In this document: positions 37,905 to 48,283 of the stretch, one piece after another
Layout: every line of letters begins with the position of its first letter
How positions within the stretch are numbered: the first letter of the stretch is position 1
Source of the DNA: an uncultured Methanosarcinales archaeon
GTDB lineage: Archaea > Nanobdellota > Nanobdellia > Woesearchaeales > CAYMBN01
Assembly: GCA_964388715.1 (NCBI GenBank)
Contig: CAYMBN010000002.1
Coordinates: forward strand, 80,704 to 144,703
DNA length: 64,000 nt
Reading direction: 5' to 3'
The notes under the pieces: model-generated
Databases searched by the model: none
Told to the model about the DNA's origin: nothing
What the model saw: only the letters and a program-made list of their open reading frames with translations
Program-made: the position numbers and the translations under genes

Positions 37905-38936
37905 CTAACTTATGTTATCAAGAACATCATGCGCATCTGTTGTTTTTATGTAAGATGAAAGTTCTTTAAATGCAGATGATGAATTAAATTTTGTTTTTAA
38001 ATATTCAATTTCATTGTTTGAAACACGCGCAAATTTATCTGCTAGTATTAAACCATATGGATAGCCTGCAAAAACAAGATCTTTTGAATTTTCTACAAGT
38101 GTGTTAAGGATGTGGTTTATATTGTAGCTTTGATTTTTAAAAACTTCAAACCTGAAAACATATTTTGAAGAATTGTTTAGTTTGACAAGGTAGAGATTTG
38201 ATTTATGTAGTTCATTATTGATTTCAACAATTGGATGATAATACCAAATCCCTTTTGGAGAAATCTTGTTGATTAATCCAATTAAACTGTTTCCTGTGTT
38301 TGTAAATAATTGTGATGTTTTTGCAAGGGCTGTGATTGTGATGTTGTTGTTTATAGCTTTTTGATATAATCTTTCTAGGAAAAGGTTTTCATGTGAATAA
38401 GTACATTGTAAAGTTCCGTCTAAGAGAATGATGTCATTTGTGGTTAAATGATCAATAAGTTCTTGTGCAATATGTAATTCTGCAAACCTTCTTATTATAT
38501 TGGCTGTTACTGAAATGCTTGCTCTGCTTAAACCTTGTTTTATTGATGGATCATAAGAATCAAAAGTGAATTCTTGATCAAAGATGTTTGGGAAAAGTTG
38601 GCATTTGTAATTGATTTTGTTTTCTTTTCCTTCACTGTATGTTAACAAGTAGAATTCTTTTTTTATTGATTTGAGTTTTTTGTTTTTTTGGAAAACAATT
38701 CCAAAGATTCTAATGAATTGTAATGAAAAGTTTGTTGCTTTTAGGATTTCTGCATTACCTCCATCAACAAAAGCAATCTTTGTGTCTGTGTTTGTTGATG
38801 TTATTTTGTGGAAGTTGTTTTCTGAGATTGGAATTGCTTTATAATCTTTGTTTGGGAAGTGAGGAATCTCTTGTTGTTTTGGAGCTAGTTTTTGACTTAG
38901 GATTTGCATGATCTTGTTTATAATATTCTCCTTCAT
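37905..38936 (-). CDS. Hypothetical protein (343 aa) with possible weak resemblance to NurA-type RNase-H-fold nucleases
   Basis: It contains IAFVDGGNAEI, IILLDGTL and AGYPYGLILADKFARV (compare the NurA DGS and YP..L..A motifs). This is not decisive. Confidence 0.25.
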   Translation of the reverse strand: MKENIINKIMQILSQKLAPKQQEIPHFPNKDYKAIPISENNFHKITSTNTDTKIAFVDGGNAEILKATNFSLQFIRIFGIVFQKNKKLKSIKKEFYLLTYSEGKENKINYKCQLFPNIFDQEFTFDSYDPSIKQGLSRASISVTANIIRRFAELHIAQELIDHLTTNDIILLDGTLQCTYSHENLFLERLYQKAINNNITITALAKTSQLFTNTGNSLIGLINKISPKGIWYYHPIVEINNELHKSNLYLVKLNNSSKYVFRFEVFKNQSYNINHILNTLVENSKDLVFAGYPYGLILADKFARVSNNEIEYLKTKFNSSSAFKELSSYIKTTDAHDVLDNIS

Positions 38937-38971
38937 GTTAAAGAGAATTCTATTAGTTTTAATAAATTTTA

Positions 38972-39277
38972 TTGAAAAAACTTATAAACACCTATAAATT
39001 TTACTTAAAAATGGAACCTGTAAGAACATATATTTGCGACAGAGCAGAAGATATTGAATTTGCTGGATTAATACCAATTTTGGATAAATTTCTTATGAGG
39101 ATAAAAGTATATAATTTGGGAGATAGGGGATATGTATTAATTGCAACAAAACCCTCTGATTTATCATATGCAGCAATGGTTCACACAAATAACCCTCTTA
39201 CTTCTTTAGAAGAAGTTGAGACTGAAATAAATAAAGGAGCTGCTGAATACAATCATAAAGTAGTTAGAATCCATTAG
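38972..39277 (+). CDS. Hypothetical protein of about 90-100 aa
   Basis: It is an ORF with typical codon usage. The start may be the internal Met (MEPVRTYI...). Confidence 0.35.
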   Translation: MKKLINTYKFYLKMEPVRTYICDRAEDIEFAGLIPILDKFLMRIKVYNLGDRGYVLIATKPSDLSYAAMVHTNNPLTSLEEVETEINKGAAEYNHKVVRIH

Positions 39278-39393
39278 AATTCTTTAAATTATCTTGTACA
39301 AAAAGAAACATTTATATATGAATACTATTATTTTAACTATTGTAGTAAATATTGATTATACTATTGGATTTAATAGTATTTTTTTGATGTAAA

Positions 39394-39546
39394 ATGGTGA
39401 AAATACAGAAATTACCAAATGGACAGCTTGTTCTTACTATTCCTAAACAGCTTGCTATGCTTAAAGGGTGGGATAAAGGCACTAAGATAGTGTTCAAAGA
39501 GCATGGTAAGAATTCTTATGTAATTGAGGTTGAGGAGAATAAATGA
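39394..39546 (+). CDS. AbrB/MazE/SpoVT-type swapped-hairpin DNA-binding protein of about 50 aa, ending at or overlapping the start of the downstream membrane protein gene
   Basis: It reads MVKIQKLPNGQLVLTIPKQLAMLKGWDKGTKIVFKEHGKNSYVIEVEENK. The exact end and frame junction with the 39543 gene (ATGA-type overlap) could not be verified base-by-base. It is below the ORF-track size cutoff. Confidence 0.45.
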   Translation: MVKIQKLPNGQLVLTIPKQLAMLKGWDKGTKIVFKEHGKNSYVIEVEENK

Positions 39547-40349
39547 AAAGAAAACACCACATTGCAGAATATATTGGAAAGAGGTTAGATGAGGGTCATG
39601 ATATTTTACATATTAGGCATCATCTTAATAAGAAAGGTATTTCTGTGAATGAGGTTAATGAAGCAGTTGATCATTTGTATAAGAAATTACGTAAACTTGG
39701 GAAAAGGAAGAAAGTTTTTAAGCCTAGTTTTGGTAAATTGATTGTTCCGATTTTAGTAATTGTTTTTATTTTGCTTACAAGTATTGCAAATTTTAAACTT
39801 CTTCCTGAGATTGGATCAAAATCTTGTCAGTTAGAAGAAGATAGAATTAATCTAGACAACATTATGACAGGGAGTCAGGTTGATATAAAACCAGAGATAA
39901 CATCATTGAATAACAAGTTGTTTAATTTACAAGGAAATATTGTTTCGAAGTTTAATTTGATTTATTTTTCAAATTATCCTATTGTGAAATCAAAAGTATA
40001 TAAACTGAATCCATTTTTTCCAATCAGCTGCGAACTAAGTCCTGAACATAATTGTAGGTATTTTATTGAAAAAGAAGATTATGATTGTGTTAAAGATAAA
40101 GCAGGTGTAGTAATATACTCACAACAGGATTATAATAAGATGAAGATTTTACCTTTGTTGATTCATACAATATTTCTTTTTGTAATGCTATATCTAGTTG
40201 TTTGCTTATTGCTTTTTGGTTACAACGAGTTAGGATTAAGCAAGAAAGTAACGTTAATTATTGAAACAGGAATTTCAATTGCAATTGTGATAGGGATTTT
40301 TATTATGGTTAACTTGTATATCCACTTGTTGAGGTTTATTGTTGCATGA
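39543..40349 (+). CDS. Membrane protein (268 aa) with a cytoplasmic basic N-terminus, a TM helix, a Cys-containing extracellular domain and C-terminal TM helices
   Basis: Hydrophobic segments are LIVPILVIVFILL and LPLLIHTIFLFVMLYLVVCLLLF...ISIAIVIGIFIMV. Confidence 0.45.
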   Translation: MKRKHHIAEYIGKRLDEGHDILHIRHHLNKKGISVNEVNEAVDHLYKKLRKLGKRKKVFKPSFGKLIVPILVIVFILLTSIANFKLLPEIGSKSCQLEEDRINLDNIMTGSQVDIKPEITSLNNKLFNLQGNIVSKFNLIYFSNYPIVKSKVYKLNPFFPISCELSPEHNCRYFIEKEDYDCVKDKAGVVIYSQQDYNKMKILPLLIHTIFLFVMLYLVVCLLLFGYNELGLSKKVTLIIETGISIAIVIGIFIMVNLYIHLLRFIVA

Positions 40350-41284
40350 CGCCATTAGTATTTAATCTTATAATTATTGTTGCTAGTTTTATAATACTTG
40401 TAAAAGCATCAGACTTAACAGTATTTGGAATAACTAATTATGCAAAAAAGTTGGGTATGTCTGATTATCTTATTGGTCTTGTTATTGTTTCTATTACAGC
40501 GTCTATTCCAGAATTAGTAGCGTCTTTTACTGGTGCTGTTATAAATAGTAGCGGGATAGTGTTTGGAACTATACTAGGCTCAAATATTGCTGGTTTTACA
40601 ATTATTCTTGGAATATTAGCATTGTATAAAAGAAAACTTAGAACAACTTGTGGAGTTCTGAGAAAAACTAAAATGTTTACTTTAATCTTATCTATTATTC
40701 CTTTTTTACTTTTTATTGATGGGAAACTTAGTAGGATAGATGGTGCTGTGTTGGTTCTTCTTTACTTCTTATTTTTGTTTGTGATTTGGAAAAAAGAAGG
40801 TGAGTTTGGAAAATTAAAGAAGGATGTAAGGTTAAATAAACTTTACATTGATGCAATAATTTTTATGGGTACATTGATAGCAATATTACTTAGTGCGAGA
40901 TGGCTTGTTTTTTCTAGTGTTAATATTGCAAATATTCTTAAGATAAGTCCTTTTTTCTTAGGTGTTACAGTGATAGCTATTTGTACAAATATTCCTGACC
41001 TTTTGGTTGGTATGAAAGCTATTAAACAAGGGCATGAAGATGTTGGATTTGGTGATGTGTTAGGAAGTGCAATGACAAAAAGATTGTTGTTTTTTGGTGC
41101 AATTGCATTATACAAACCATTAACTATTAATTTTCCAATATTAATTAATTCAATTCTATTTTCAATTATAGGAATGATTTATATAATATTACTTGTTGAA
41201 CAAAAACATGTTACATGGAAACATGGTTTAGTTATGATATTTATGTATGTTGGATATATATTGATTGAGAGTTTAGCACAATGA
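40346..41284 (+). CDS. Na+/Ca2+ exchanger family (CaCA, YrbG-like) membrane transporter
   Basis: Two alpha-repeats are present (GLVIVSITASIPELVASF...GTILGSNIAG and the second half AICTNIPDLLVGM). Confidence 0.7.
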   Translation: MTPLVFNLIIIVASFIILVKASDLTVFGITNYAKKLGMSDYLIGLVIVSITASIPELVASFTGAVINSSGIVFGTILGSNIAGFTIILGILALYKRKLRTTCGVLRKTKMFTLILSIIPFLLFIDGKLSRIDGAVLVLLYFLFLFVIWKKEGEFGKLKKDVRLNKLYIDAIIFMGTLIAILLSARWLVFSSVNIANILKISPFFLGVTVIAICTNIPDLLVGMKAIKQGHEDVGFGDVLGSAMTKRLLFFGAIALYKPLTINFPILINSILFSIIGMIYIILLVEQKHVTWKHGLVMIFMYVGYILIESLAQ

Positions 41285-42969
41285 ACTTTTACACTGAAAT
41301 AATAAGCGAAATTAAGAAAAAGAAACCTAGTAAGAATCAACTTACTAAATTAAAGACTAAACTTTGTAAAAAATATAGTTTAAGAAAGATTCCAACTGAT
41401 ATTGATATTTTAATGAATGCAAAAGTAAAAGAGATACCAAGGATAAAAAAATATTTGCAAACAAAACCTATGCGTTCTTTAAGTGGAGTAAGTGTTTGTG
41501 CTATAATGACTAAGCCAATTAAATGTCCGCATGGTCGTTGTATAATTTGTCCTGGTGGACCTCAAGATAGTGTGTTTGGTTCTGTGCCGCAGAGTTATAC
41601 TGGGAAAGAACCAGCTACAATGAGAGCTATACGTAACAAATATGATCCTTATTTGCAAGTTATGAACAGGCTTGAGCAATATGTTGCACTTGGACACAAT
41701 ATTAACAAAATTGAATTGATTATTATGGGTGGTACTTTTCCAAGTTTTTCTAAGCAATACCAAGATAAGTTTGTTATGTATGCATTGAAAGCAATGAATG
41801 ATTTTTCAAAAATGTTTTTTAATAAAAATGTGATTGATTTTACTAAGTTTAAAAAGTTTTTTTGTTTACCAGGGGATGTTAATGATAAAAAACGAATTAA
41901 AAGAATACATAAAAGGTTGTTAGCAAAAAAAGGTAAATCTACTTTGGAAAAAGAACAATTGAAAAATGAAACTTCTTTGGTTAAATCTATTGGTATGTGT
42001 ATTGAAACAAGACCTGATTATTGTAAGGAGAAACACATTAATCAAATGTTAAGACTTGGATGTACTCGAGTTGAGCTTGGTGTTCAAACAATATTTGATG
42101 ATGTTTTAAAAAAGGTTAGGCGGAAGCATAATGTTGAGGATTCTGTCCAAGCAACAAGTTTGTTGAAAAATACTTTTCTAAAAGTTGGTTTTCATATGAT
42201 GGTTGGTTTGCCTGGTTCAACAATAAAAAAAGATAAAATGATGTTTCATGAATTGTTTTCTAATCAAAATTTTAAGCCAGATGCTTTGAAAATTTATCCT
42301 TGTATGGTTATTGAAGGTACGCAATTGTATAAAATGTGGAAAAAAGGATTGTTTGAACCATTAGATACACAAAAAGCAGCTGAGTTAGTTGTTGAACTAA
42401 AAAAAATTGTACCAAAGTATTGTAGGATTATGAGAGTACAACGTGATATACCATCTAAAGTGATCAGTGCTGGTGTTGATAAAACAAATCTTAGGCAATA
42501 TATTCAAATGATTCTTAACAATAAAAAAATTAAATGTAATTGTATAAGATGTAAGGAACCTAAGAATATTAAGATTAAGATGAAGAATGTTATACTTAAA
42601 AAATATTCTTATAAAGCATCTAATGGGATGGAAGTTTTTATTTCTGCTGAAGATATTAAGAATAATAAGTTAGTTGGTTTTTGTAGGTTAAGAGTTCCTC
42701 TTAATTCGTTTAGAAAAGAGATTGATGAAGATAGTGCTGGAATTCGTGAGTTACATGTTTATGGGAAATCAACTGGTATTGGAGAGGAAGGTGATATTCA
42801 GCATAGAGGTATTGGGAAAAGATTAATGAAACGTGCTGAAGATATTGCAAAAACTGTTTTTGATAGAAATAAAATGGTTGTTATTTCTGGAATTGGTGTT
42901 CGTGGATATTATAAAAAGTTAGGATATAAAAGAGAAGGACCATATATGGTTAAATACTTAAATAAGTAA
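41281..42969 (+). CDS. elp3: Elp3-type radical-SAM / GNAT tRNA (U34) carboxymethyl-modification enzyme
   Basis: The radical-SAM cluster motif is CPHGRCIICPGG. The C-terminal GNAT motif is QHRGIGKRLMKRAEDIA. The 562-aa length is typical of archaeal Elp3. Confidence 0.85.
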   Translation: MNFYTEIISEIKKKKPSKNQLTKLKTKLCKKYSLRKIPTDIDILMNAKVKEIPRIKKYLQTKPMRSLSGVSVCAIMTKPIKCPHGRCIICPGGPQDSVFGSVPQSYTGKEPATMRAIRNKYDPYLQVMNRLEQYVALGHNINKIELIIMGGTFPSFSKQYQDKFVMYALKAMNDFSKMFFNKNVIDFTKFKKFFCLPGDVNDKKRIKRIHKRLLAKKGKSTLEKEQLKNETSLVKSIGMCIETRPDYCKEKHINQMLRLGCTRVELGVQTIFDDVLKKVRRKHNVEDSVQATSLLKNTFLKVGFHMMVGLPGSTIKKDKMMFHELFSNQNFKPDALKIYPCMVIEGTQLYKMWKKGLFEPLDTQKAAELVVELKKIVPKYCRIMRVQRDIPSKVISAGVDKTNLRQYIQMILNNKKIKCNCIRCKEPKNIKIKMKNVILKKYSYKASNGMEVFISAEDIKNNKLVGFCRLRVPLNSFRKEIDEDSAGIRELHVYGKSTGIGEEGDIQHRGIGKRLMKRAEDIAKTVFDRNKMVVISGIGVRGYYKKLGYKREGPYMVKYLNK

Positions 42970-42975
42970 ATATTC

Positions 42976-43935
42976 TTGAGTTGTATGAAACAAATTCCTG
43001 TGAAAGATAAGTTTGTTGAAAGGTTGAAAGATAAGTTTATTGAACGGTATAAGAAGATTGCTCCTGATTATGATGAATTTATTAAGTATTCTTTCTTTTT
43101 TTTGAGGAAGTCATTGAGGGTTAATACTTTGAAGATTTCTGTTAGCGAGTGTAAGAAAAGATTAGAAAAACAAGGATGGACATTGAAGAATATTCCTTGG
43201 TGTAAGCATGGATTTTGGATTGAACATAAAACAGGAAGAAGAGATATTGGAAACACAATTGAGCATACTTTAGGTTATATTTATGTGCAAGAGGCTGCCT
43301 CAATGATACCTCCTATTGTGTTAAATATAAAGCCTGGTCAAAAAGTACTTGATATGTGTGCTGCACCAGGAAGTAAAACAACACAAATTGCAATGTATTT
43401 AGATGGAAAAGGAGTTGTAGTTGCAAATGATTACAAAGGTGAAAGGTTAGCTGCTTTAGGTGTGAATGTGCAAAGATGTGGAATTACTAATTGTGTTATG
43501 ACTTTAATGCATGGGAAAGGTTTTAAGCATTATAAGTTTGATAGAGTGCTTGTTGATGCACCTTGTTCTGGGACAGGTACAATAAGAAAGTCTTTGAAAA
43601 CAATTGATATATGGAATCCTGGTATGATTAAACGTTTGTGTAAAACTCAGAAAAAGTTAATTGAGAATGGGTTTGAGAATCTGAAAAAGAATGGTATTTT
43701 AGTTTATTCTACTTGTACACTAGAGCCTGAAGAGTGTGAAGGTGTTATTGATTATCTTTTGAGTAAGTATGATAATGCTAAAGTTGAAGAGATTAAGTTG
43801 AAGATTAAAAGAAGTGAGCCAATTCTTGAATTTGAGGGTCAGAAGTATAATAAGGAAATTAAGAAGTGTTTAAGGATATGGCCTCAGGATAATGATACTG
43901 AGGGATTTTTTATTGCGAAGATTATAAAAAAATGA
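42976..43935 (+). CDS. NOL1/NOP2/Sun-family RNA cytosine-C5 methyltransferase
   Basis: The SAM motif is VLDMCAAPGSKTTQIA and the catalytic region is DAPCSGTGTIRK...STCTLEPEE. Confidence 0.8.
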   Translation: MSCMKQIPVKDKFVERLKDKFIERYKKIAPDYDEFIKYSFFFLRKSLRVNTLKISVSECKKRLEKQGWTLKNIPWCKHGFWIEHKTGRRDIGNTIEHTLGYIYVQEAASMIPPIVLNIKPGQKVLDMCAAPGSKTTQIAMYLDGKGVVVANDYKGERLAALGVNVQRCGITNCVMTLMHGKGFKHYKFDRVLVDAPCSGTGTIRKSLKTIDIWNPGMIKRLCKTQKKLIENGFENLKKNGILVYSTCTLEPEECEGVIDYLLSKYDNAKVEEIKLKIKRSEPILEFEGQKYNKEIKKCLRIWPQDNDTEGFFIAKIIKK

Positions 43936-44804
43936 TACCAAATAGAATTATTATGACCAGTATTTTTATCATAATAGGAATATTTCTATTTTCTCTGTAT
44001 GTATTTTATGTTTCAATTCATCCACCTAGATTCAAAACAAATAACCACCCATCTAAACTGGATCTTAAATACGAAGATATAACATTCAAAACATCTGATA
44101 ATATTCAAATAAAAGCATGGTTTATTCCATCTGAAAAAAGTGATAAGACCATTGTAATTTGTCATGGTTACCCATTTGATAAAGCTAATGTGTTGAGTTT
44201 TGCAGGTTTTTTACATCCTCATTTTAATTTACTATTTTTTGATTTTAGATATTTTGGTGAAAGCCAAGGAAAATATACAACTGTTGGTTATAAAGAACAA
44301 AAAGATTTAATTGCTGCAGTAAAATATCTTGAAACAAGGAAGGATATTGATAAGAATAAAATAGGTGCATTAGGTTTTTCTTTAGGTGGAGCTACAATCT
44401 TAATGGGTGCTGATAAAACGAATATAAAAGCAATAGTAGCTGATTCTTCATATGCTACCTTAGATAATATGCTTAAAGAAAGTTATAAGATATTTCCTGG
44501 TTTTGTTAAATTCCCTTTTGTAGCAACAACAAGATTATTAAGTAAATTATTGATAAATACTGATATTTCTAAGGTATCTCCTATGGAAAGTATAAAAAAA
44601 TTAAAAACACCTATTTTAATTATACATGGGGAAAAAGATAGTGAGATTCCAGTTGAAAACGCTCATCAATTATATCAAAATTCAAATAAGGACAGCACAG
44701 AATTATGGATAATGCCTAAAACAGATCATGGCCAAGGACATGTTATGTATACACAAGAGTATGAAAATAAGATAATCAAGTTTTTTGATGAATATTTAGG
44801 TTAA
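43932..44804 (+). CDS. Membrane-anchored alpha/beta hydrolase (dienelactone hydrolase / S9-like)
   Basis: It has an N-terminal TM, the nucleophile elbow GFSLGG, and a downstream HG pair. Confidence 0.65.
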   Translation: MIPNRIIMTSIFIIIGIFLFSLYVFYVSIHPPRFKTNNHPSKLDLKYEDITFKTSDNIQIKAWFIPSEKSDKTIVICHGYPFDKANVLSFAGFLHPHFNLLFFDFRYFGESQGKYTTVGYKEQKDLIAAVKYLETRKDIDKNKIGALGFSLGGATILMGADKTNIKAIVADSSYATLDNMLKESYKIFPGFVKFPFVATTRLLSKLLINTDISKVSPMESIKKLKTPILIIHGEKDSEIPVENAHQLYQNSNKDSTELWIMPKTDHGQGHVMYTQEYENKIIKFFDEYLG

Positions 44805-44948
44805 AAAGAAAAAACATAAATAGTTATAAATAATACTAATATAAAATGTTAAAACAATTATTAAAGAGCAGGAAAGGGTATTTTTTTTTGATAACATTGT
44901 TGGTTTTTATAATAATCATTATAATTATTGTTTCAATGAAGTGATTGA

Positions 44949-45926
44949 TTAGAATTTCATGACTCTATCTTTATGATCTTGTTTAGCTAAAAGAACAACT
45001 CTTGATTCTTTCTTCTCATCAATTATTTTATAACCAGAAAGTTCTGCAAGTTTTTCTGCAAACTCCACTATTTCTTCATGTCTTGGCATGTTTTCTATTT
45101 TTAATCTTTCCCTTGAATAACCTACCCAGACATATGCTTTAGCTTCAACATACATTGGTTTGTATTTTTTTATTAGTTCTGCGTATTTTTCAGGCTTTAT
45201 CATGTTTTCATCTTTTACAAGTGTGAGACGGATTACGTTTCTTTTGAATTTTGAGATTAAGGAAAGACTTTCTAGTAGTTTTTCCCAGCCATCTTTGATT
45301 AATGGAGAACAAACTTTTGTATAGGTTTCTTCATCAGGTGCTGAAAGGGTTATGTAAAGTTGTGTTGGTTGGTTGTTGATGAGTTGTTTTAGCATGTCTG
45401 GGTTTGTACCATTTGTTACAAGGAATGATGTCATATCTCTTGAATGGATTTCTTTGATTAATTCAGGTAGTTTTGGATAGTAAGTTGGTTCACCACTAAG
45501 TGAGATTGCAAAATGTTTTGGTTTGTATGATTCTTGTAGTTTGGTTTTGTCTGCTTTTTTGTTTCCGCCAAAACCTTGTAAATATTTAATATGTTCTTTG
45601 ATGCAGCCATCTACTATTTGTTTTGGTGTGTCAATTGTGCCAATCCATTTAGCATTTGTCCAGTTAATATCACGCCAGCACCATACACATCTTTGAGTAC
45701 AAGTGTGTATGGCAGGTGTCATTTGTACGCATCTGTGTGTATTTATTCCATAAAATGTTTTTTTATAACAGACATCTTCTGCTCTTATGCATTTTTTTGT
45801 CCAAAGACAAACTTTTATAGCACTATGATTACCTACAATTCTATATCCTTGTTTTTCTAGATCTTTTATTTTATCTTTGTCAAGCATATCGTCTAAAAAT
45901 GTCAAGTTCTTTTTAAATCTTTTCAT
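44949..45926 (-). CDS. taw1: Radical-SAM 4-demethylwyosine synthase (Taw1/TYW1)
   Basis: It has the motif CTQRCVWCWRD (C-x3-C-x2-C followed by CWR) and an upstream second cluster of Cys residues (CLWTKKC). Confidence 0.7.
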   Translation of the reverse strand: MKRFKKNLTFLDDMLDKDKIKDLEKQGYRIVGNHSAIKVCLWTKKCIRAEDVCYKKTFYGINTHRCVQMTPAIHTCTQRCVWCWRDINWTNAKWIGTIDTPKQIVDGCIKEHIKYLQGFGGNKKADKTKLQESYKPKHFAISLSGEPTYYPKLPELIKEIHSRDMTSFLVTNGTNPDMLKQLINNQPTQLYITLSAPDEETYTKVCSPLIKDGWEKLLESLSLISKFKRNVIRLTLVKDENMIKPEKYAELIKKYKPMYVEAKAYVWVGYSRERLKIENMPRHEEIVEFAEKLAELSGYKIIDEKKESRVVLLAKQDHKDRVMKF

Positions 45927-46051
45927 GATTTAGAAGTGTGGAGTTTTATTAAAAAGAAAATAAAACATTGTTTTTTTGCAAAAAGATAAACTTTTTAAAC
46001 ATAAAGTTTAAATAACATAGTTTGCTTGCTGGTTGTTCAAGGTGATAACTT

Positions 46052-46174
46052 ATGAAAGACTGTCCAATGTGTGGGGCTTCAATTGCAGAAGATGATGTTT
46101 ATTGTTATGAATGCGGATCTAACACAAAAGAGATTGATGAAGTGAATTATGATTATGATGATGATGATGAATAG
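46052..46174 (+). CDS. Small zinc-ribbon protein (40 aa) with an acidic tail
   Basis: It reads MKDCPMCGASIAEDDVYCYECGSNTKEIDEVNYDYDDDDE. It is below the ORF-track size cutoff. Confidence 0.4.
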   Translation: MKDCPMCGASIAEDDVYCYECGSNTKEIDEVNYDYDDDDE

Positions 46175-46212
46175 GAAAAAACATTTAAACTTGTAGTTTT
46201 TCTTAATTTTCT

Positions 46213-46722
46213 ATGTATTTAAAGAACGCAATTTCAATACTTGAGGAAGATGTAAAATTCCTTGAATGGAAAAAAGAGCATAAAGACGCTTTCCTGAGTT
46301 ATGGTTTTCTTATGATTGATCCTAATGTTAGTGCAGAATGGCAGATAGGTTATTATGATAAGAAGATTGATAAAGTTGCTACTTTTATATTACAAAATAA
46401 AAAAGTAGTTGAAGTTAAGGTAGATGCTGTTTTTAAAGAACCTGGAAAAGAAATTTTACCATTAGATAGAAAGACCCTTAAGCTAAATATAGAAGAGATA
46501 ATAGAAAAACTTGATGCATTCCAGGAAAAAGAGTATCCTAAGGAAAAAACACTTAAAACAATGGTTATTGTACAGAATTTGCAAGAGTTTGGTAATGTTT
46601 GGAACATAACGCATGTTACAAACTCATATAAGGCGTTAAATGTTAAATTAAAGTGCGAAGATGGTTCTATTTTAAAGCATAAATTGAGTTCTTTTATGGA
46701 TTTCACTGAAAAACCAAAATGA
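46213..46722 (+). CDS. Hypothetical protein (169 aa)
   Basis: It is an ORF with consistent coding bias. No motif was recognised. Confidence 0.4.
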   Translation: MYLKNAISILEEDVKFLEWKKEHKDAFLSYGFLMIDPNVSAEWQIGYYDKKIDKVATFILQNKKVVEVKVDAVFKEPGKEILPLDRKTLKLNIEEIIEKLDAFQEKEYPKEKTLKTMVIVQNLQEFGNVWNITHVTNSYKALNVKLKCEDGSILKHKLSSFMDFTEKPK

Positions 46723-46914
46723 GTGGGATAACTTTTGAGTAATATCGGACTGGATTATATATATTCATGATTGATATTATTTATAAACAAGTACTCTTTA
46801 CTTTTTATTAAAAGGGGTGGTTAGAATTTGGAACATAAGTTATAAAGCACAAGAAAATTGTAGAAGATTAAATGAATTCACAGCTGGGGAGGAAGAGGTT
46901 AAAAAAGAAGAGGA

Positions 46915-47748
46915 TTAATTATTTTTGATAAAACTATAAATTTCTTTAAATGACTGTTCTTTATTATTGTCTATGATAAATACGTGATAACTATTAGGAA
47001 CCCATTTGATTATTTTTTTTGTAGAGTTAGTATGTTTGTAAATGTAGTCTACACTTTTGGGTGAAACACCAAAATCTGTTGTTGATTGCATTATTAATAT
47101 TGGTGCTGTAATTTTCGGTAATCTTTTTCTTGAAAGAGAGATAGTTTTAACAACATGTTTTATACAGTTTAAAGGGATTTTATCATAGGTAATTCTCTTT
47201 CTAACTATTTTTTTATCTAAGTTATAATGGTACCACTTTTTTTGAAAACTTTTGAAGAATCTTAATAATGGTAATATTACTTTGAATCTTCTTTCCTTTT
47301 TAAAATAGATTGGTGTCCCCATGCTAATGACACCTGCAACAGGATATTTGCTTGCTGTTAATAATGAAAGATTGCCACCAAAAGAATCCCCGCCAATGTA
47401 AACCTTGTCAACGTATTGTTTTAATTCTTGGTATGCTTTGTCAACTGATTTGATCCAATTTTTACTGTTTGTTGCTGCCAAATTTTCAGGACAAGTTCCA
47501 TGACCTTTTATTAACATTCCATAAACACTTATTCCTTTATCTGCGAGATATTTACCTAATGGTCTAAGATCATAAGCTGTTGAAGTAAAACCATGTATAA
47601 GTAAAATACCTTTTTTTCTACTTTTTTTGTAGAAAAATGGTTCAGCTCCTTTAATGATTGGAACATTGGGTTTTCTTTTATTTTTGAAAATTATTATTAT
47701 TCTATAAATTGAGAAAAGTGCAAAGAATGTGATTATATAATCTAGCAT
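46915..47748 (-). CDS. Membrane-anchored alpha/beta hydrolase (esterase/lipase-like)
   Basis: It has an N-terminal TM, GGDSFGG (GxSxG), and the HG motif LLIHGF. Confidence 0.65.
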   Translation of the reverse strand: MLDYIITFFALFSIYRIIIIFKNKRKPNVPIIKGAEPFFYKKSRKKGILLIHGFTSTAYDLRPLGKYLADKGISVYGMLIKGHGTCPENLAATNSKNWIKSVDKAYQELKQYVDKVYIGGDSFGGNLSLLTASKYPVAGVISMGTPIYFKKERRFKVILPLLRFFKSFQKKWYHYNLDKKIVRKRITYDKIPLNCIKHVVKTISLSRKRLPKITAPILIMQSTTDFGVSPKSVDYIYKHTNSTKKIIKWVPNSYHVFIIDNNKEQSFKEIYSFIKNN

Positions 47749-47761
47749 TTTTGAATTACCA

Positions 47762-48283
47762 TTAATATAATTTTTTGTTAATTATTCTTGACAAGGCCAT
47801 CATTATACTTAATTTGACGAATTCTGTTCTTGGTACACCATTGTTTGTTAAAATACCAACAGCACCTTGTTTTTGTTTTGTATTTTGATCTCCTAATAAT
47901 TCGTCCATTATTGTTCCAACTTCTTTTTTCTGTTTAAATATTTTTTCTATTACTTGTTTAGGATATTCAAAACAAGGTGAACCTCCTAATGAAACAGTGT
48001 TTCCATTAAAGATTGCGCAAACACACATGTCCATGTAACCTGTTTCTGTTCCTGGAAATTCAAAAATACCTGCTTCAAGGCCAACACTGAAATCACAAAC
48101 ATCAAAAGATTTTTGTGCTCTTTGTTTTGCACCAACTACAATTTCTCTTAAAGAAGTTGGTTGATCTGGTACATCACTTGTTACTTTGACTGGAATTACT
48201 TCTACATTATCAAAATAATGTGAGAAAGCTTGTTTAACAGCTTCAATCTTTACAGGGTTTTCACTTCCAACTCTGATTTTCAT
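47762..48283 (-). CDS. Non-canonical purine NTP phosphatase (YjjX / ITPase-XTPase family)
   Basis: The N-terminus MKIRVGSENPVKIEAVKQAF...VPDQP matches the YjjX signature. Confidence 0.65.
   Translation of the reverse strand: MKIRVGSENPVKIEAVKQAFSHYFDNVEVIPVKVTSDVPDQPTSLREIVVGAKQRAQKSFDVCDFSVGLEAGIFEFPGTETGYMDMCVCAIFNGNTVSLGGSPCFEYPKQVIEKIFKQKKEVGTIMDELLGDQNTKQKQGAVGILTNNGVPRTEFVKLSIMMALSRIINKKLY

Noticed and set aside
44830-44945. Tiny plus-strand ORF (MLKQLLKSRKGYFFLITLLVFIIIIIIIVSMK) between convergent genes
   Set aside because: It is only about 32 codons of AT-rich low-complexity sequence in a convergent terminator region, so the evidence is insufficient.
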